Source: an uncultured delta proteobacterium (GTDB lineage Bacteria > Desulfobacterota > Binatia > DP-6). Taken from it: a DNA stretch of 64,000 bases. Positions 60,438 through 64,000 of the stretch are shown here, piece after piece; position 1 is the stretch's first letter, and every line of letters starts with the position of its first letter. The translations under genes were made by a program, and so were the position numbers. A model generated the notes under the pieces. It did not search any database. It saw only the letters and a program-made list of their open reading frames with translations, and was not told where the DNA came from. Location of the stretch: contig CAWFFN010000012.1 of NCBI GenBank assembly GCA_963815115.1, positions 64,001-128,000 on the forward strand, written 5' to 3'.

Positions 60438-61295
60438 ATGCTGTCCGGCTGTCCTCATCTCGGCCACGGTATCGGGCTCCGGCCCCGCCACTACCCCCAG
60501 GTACTCGACGGGGTACGCGCCGACTGGTTCGAGATCATCTGCGAGAACTTCATGGTCCCGGGAGGACGCCCGCTCGCGGTTCTCGAGCGCGTCCGGGCGG
60601 AGCGGCCGGTGGTGCTCCACGGCGTCTCGCTGTCGATCGGCTCGACCGACCCGCTGAACGTCCGCTACCTCGACGAGCTCCGTGCGCTCGCCGCGCGCAT
60701 CGAGCCGGCGTGGGTCTCGGATCACCTCTGCTGGGGCAGCCACGGCCAGCGTTACGCGCACGACCTGCTCCCCCTGCCCTTCACCGAGGAGGCGCTCGCG
60801 CACGTCGTCGAGCGCGTGCGCCGGGTGCAGGACCGGCTGGGGCGTCGCATCCTGCTGGAGAACGTCTCCAGCTACCTCGCCTTCGCGCACTCGACGATGC
60901 CCGAGTGGAGCTTCCTCGCGGCGGTCGCCGAAGGCGCGGACTGCGGCATCCTGCTGGACGTGAACAACGTCTACGTGAGCAGCGTCAACCACGACTTCCG
61001 CGCGGAGGACTACCTGGCGGGTCTGCCGGTCGAGCGGATCGGGCAGGTGCACCTGGCCGGCCACAGCAACCGGGGAACCCATCTGCTCGACACCCACGAC
61101 GCCGCCGTCTGTCCGGAGGTCTGGGAACTCTATCGCGAGGCGGTGCGGCGCTTCGGCGCGGTGTCGACCCTGGTCGAGTGGGACGATCACATCCCGGCGA
61201 TCGAGGAGGTCCTCGCCGAGGCCGAGCGGGCTCGCGCCGCCGAGGCGGAGATCCTGGCAGGAGATGCTCCCGGTGTCCGCGCCCTCACTGCGTGA
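60438..61295 (+). CDS. DUF692 multinuclear non-heme iron oxidase (MNIO, BufB-like)
   Basis: GIGLR, ENF, HGVSLSIG, SDHL, ENV, DVNNVYV, HLAGH, DTH, EWD. Confidence 0.93.
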   Translation: MLSGCPHLGHGIGLRPRHYPQVLDGVRADWFEIICENFMVPGGRPLAVLERVRAERPVVLHGVSLSIGSTDPLNVRYLDELRALAARIEPAWVSDHLCWGSHGQRYAHDLLPLPFTEEALAHVVERVRRVQDRLGRRILLENVSSYLAFAHSTMPEWSFLAAVAEGADCGILLDVNNVYVSSVNHDFRAEDYLAGLPVERIGQVHLAGHSNRGTHLLDTHDAAVCPEVWELYREAVRRFGAVSTLVEWDDHIPAIEEVLAEAERARAAEAEILAGDAPGVRALTA

Positions 61296-62028
61296 TCTTC
61301 AGGCCCTGTTCTGGTCGGCGCTGAACGGACGCCAGGAGCCCGAGCTGGCCGCCGCCGTCGCCTCCTCTTCCGGTCTCGCGGGCACGGACCGCATCGCGAT
61401 CTATGCCGAGATGTATTTCGGGCGCCTGCGGGACGTGCTGGCGGAGGATTTCGAGAAGACGGCGGCCGCTCTGGGGCCCGAGCGGTTCGGCAAGGTTGCC
61501 CGCGCCTACCTGGCCGCTCATCCCTCGGAGCATCCCTCGGTGCGACACGTGGGCCGGAACCTGCCGGGCTTTCTCGAATCCCGGCCGTTGGCGGATGCCC
61601 CTCCCTGGCTGACCGACATGGCTCGGCTCGAGTGGGCGCGGGTCGACGCGTTCGACGCCCCCGATGCGGACCCGATCGGGGTGGACCACCTCCGGTCGCT
61701 CCCCGAGGCCGAATGGCCCGCCGCTCCCCTTCGTTCGATCCCCGCGCTGAGGGTCGTCGAAAGCGACTGGCCCCTTCATACCATCTGGCAGGAGGGGGAT
61801 GCCCCGCCCGCCCGGACGGCCCTCCGGGTCTGGCGGCAGGACGGGGCCGTGTACCACTGCGCCATGGACCCTCTGGAGCAGGCCGCCGTGGAGCGGCTGC
61901 GTGCCGGGGCGTCCTTCGGCGGGATCTGCGAGACGCTGGCGGACCTCGACCCGGCGGAGGCACCCGCCGAGGCCGGCGCCCTCCTCGCCCGCTGGATCGA
62001 AGACGGCCTCATAGCCGGCATCGGCTGA
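61264..62028 (+). CDS. DUF2063 MNIO partner protein (BufC-like)
   Basis: LRDLQALF...RIAIY...RL...LAEDF, D.ARLEWA; overlaps the DUF692 gene. Confidence 0.85.
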   Translation: MLPVSAPSLRDLQALFWSALNGRQEPELAAAVASSSGLAGTDRIAIYAEMYFGRLRDVLAEDFEKTAAALGPERFGKVARAYLAAHPSEHPSVRHVGRNLPGFLESRPLADAPPWLTDMARLEWARVDAFDAPDADPIGVDHLRSLPEAEWPAAPLRSIPALRVVESDWPLHTIWQEGDAPPARTALRVWRQDGAVYHCAMDPLEQAAVERLRAGASFGGICETLADLDPAEAPAEAGALLARWIEDGLIAGIG

Positions 62029-62211
62029 CCCGGGAAGGCCCGGCGGCGGAAAAAGCCGTTCGCCTCCCCTTGACGCCGAGGCGGAACGATCTTATGTGCG
62101 CGGCGCGCGAGCTCCGGGGCGATTGCCACGCGCTGCTCCGCCAATTCACAAACCAACTTTTTCGATGTGCCCGGGAGCCTGATGGAGCTTCCCGGGAGGG
62201 AGGTTTCAGTC

Positions 62212-62511
62212 ATGGCTACCCGGATTCGACCGCTGGCCGACCGCCTGATCGTCAAGCGACTCGAGGAGCAGGAGCAGAAGAGCGTCGGCGGCATCATCAT
62301 CCCGGATACCGCGAAGGAGAAGCCCCAGGAGGGCAAGGTCGTCGCCGTGGGCAAGGGGAAGATGAACGAGGATGGCAAGGTCATTCCCCTCGACGTGAAG
62401 GCGGGCGACCGCATCCTGTTCGGCAAGTATTCGGGGTCGGAGATCAAGATCGACGGCGAGGAGCACCTCATCCTGCGTGAGGAAGACGTCCTCGGCATCG
62501 TCGAGGCCTGA
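62212..62511 (+). CDS. groES: Co-chaperonin GroES
   Basis: [29 protein letters not shown]; GGAGG RBS. Confidence 0.98.
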   Translation: MATRIRPLADRLIVKRLEEQEQKSVGGIIIPDTAKEKPQEGKVVAVGKGKMNEDGKVIPLDVKAGDRILFGKYSGSEIKIDGEEHLILREEDVLGIVEA

Positions 62512-62521
62512 AGAAGCGTAG

Positions 62522-64000
<1,479 letters not shown>

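Overview
High-GC bacterial window with dense coding and no rRNA, tRNA, CRISPR array or mobile element that I can support. The organism is probably a diderm: it has outer-membrane beta-barrels and periplasmic c-type cytochromes, and the gene content is reminiscent of Binatia/Myxococcota-like bacteria (inference only). The left half (1-34.7 kb) looks like one carbon-to-storage-lipid system. It opens with a 5'-truncated iterative type I PKS/FAS (end of AT, then KS-ACPx3-KR-DH) whose three ACPs carry Thr (GVDTVK) where the phosphopantetheine Ser (GIDS) is expected. That gene is translationally coupled to a single-chain ~1850-aa acyl-CoA carboxylase and a PPTase. Next come a phasin-like protein, a cytochrome c-PFOR-DHOD-like-TreT operon, pyruvate kinase and four WS/DGAT acyltransferases, one fused to a CBS pair. 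Six of the downstream units have sigma54-type -24/-12 promoters preceded by a shared TCNCA-N4-TGNGA palindrome at recurring distances, suggesting one regulon. The right half holds a GH3 glucosidase, a eukaryote-like sterol glucosyltransferase with a B-box-like tail, a GDSL hydrolase, an amidohydrolase, glmS with a small HTH-like upstream gene, a 1962-aa DUF11 surface protein with two beta-barrel paralogs, a collagen-like protein beside a TMTC-like glycosyltransferase, a bufferin-type MNIO (DUF692) RiPP cluster, and groES-groEL (truncated). All calls come from motif recognition by eye; no database searches were run.
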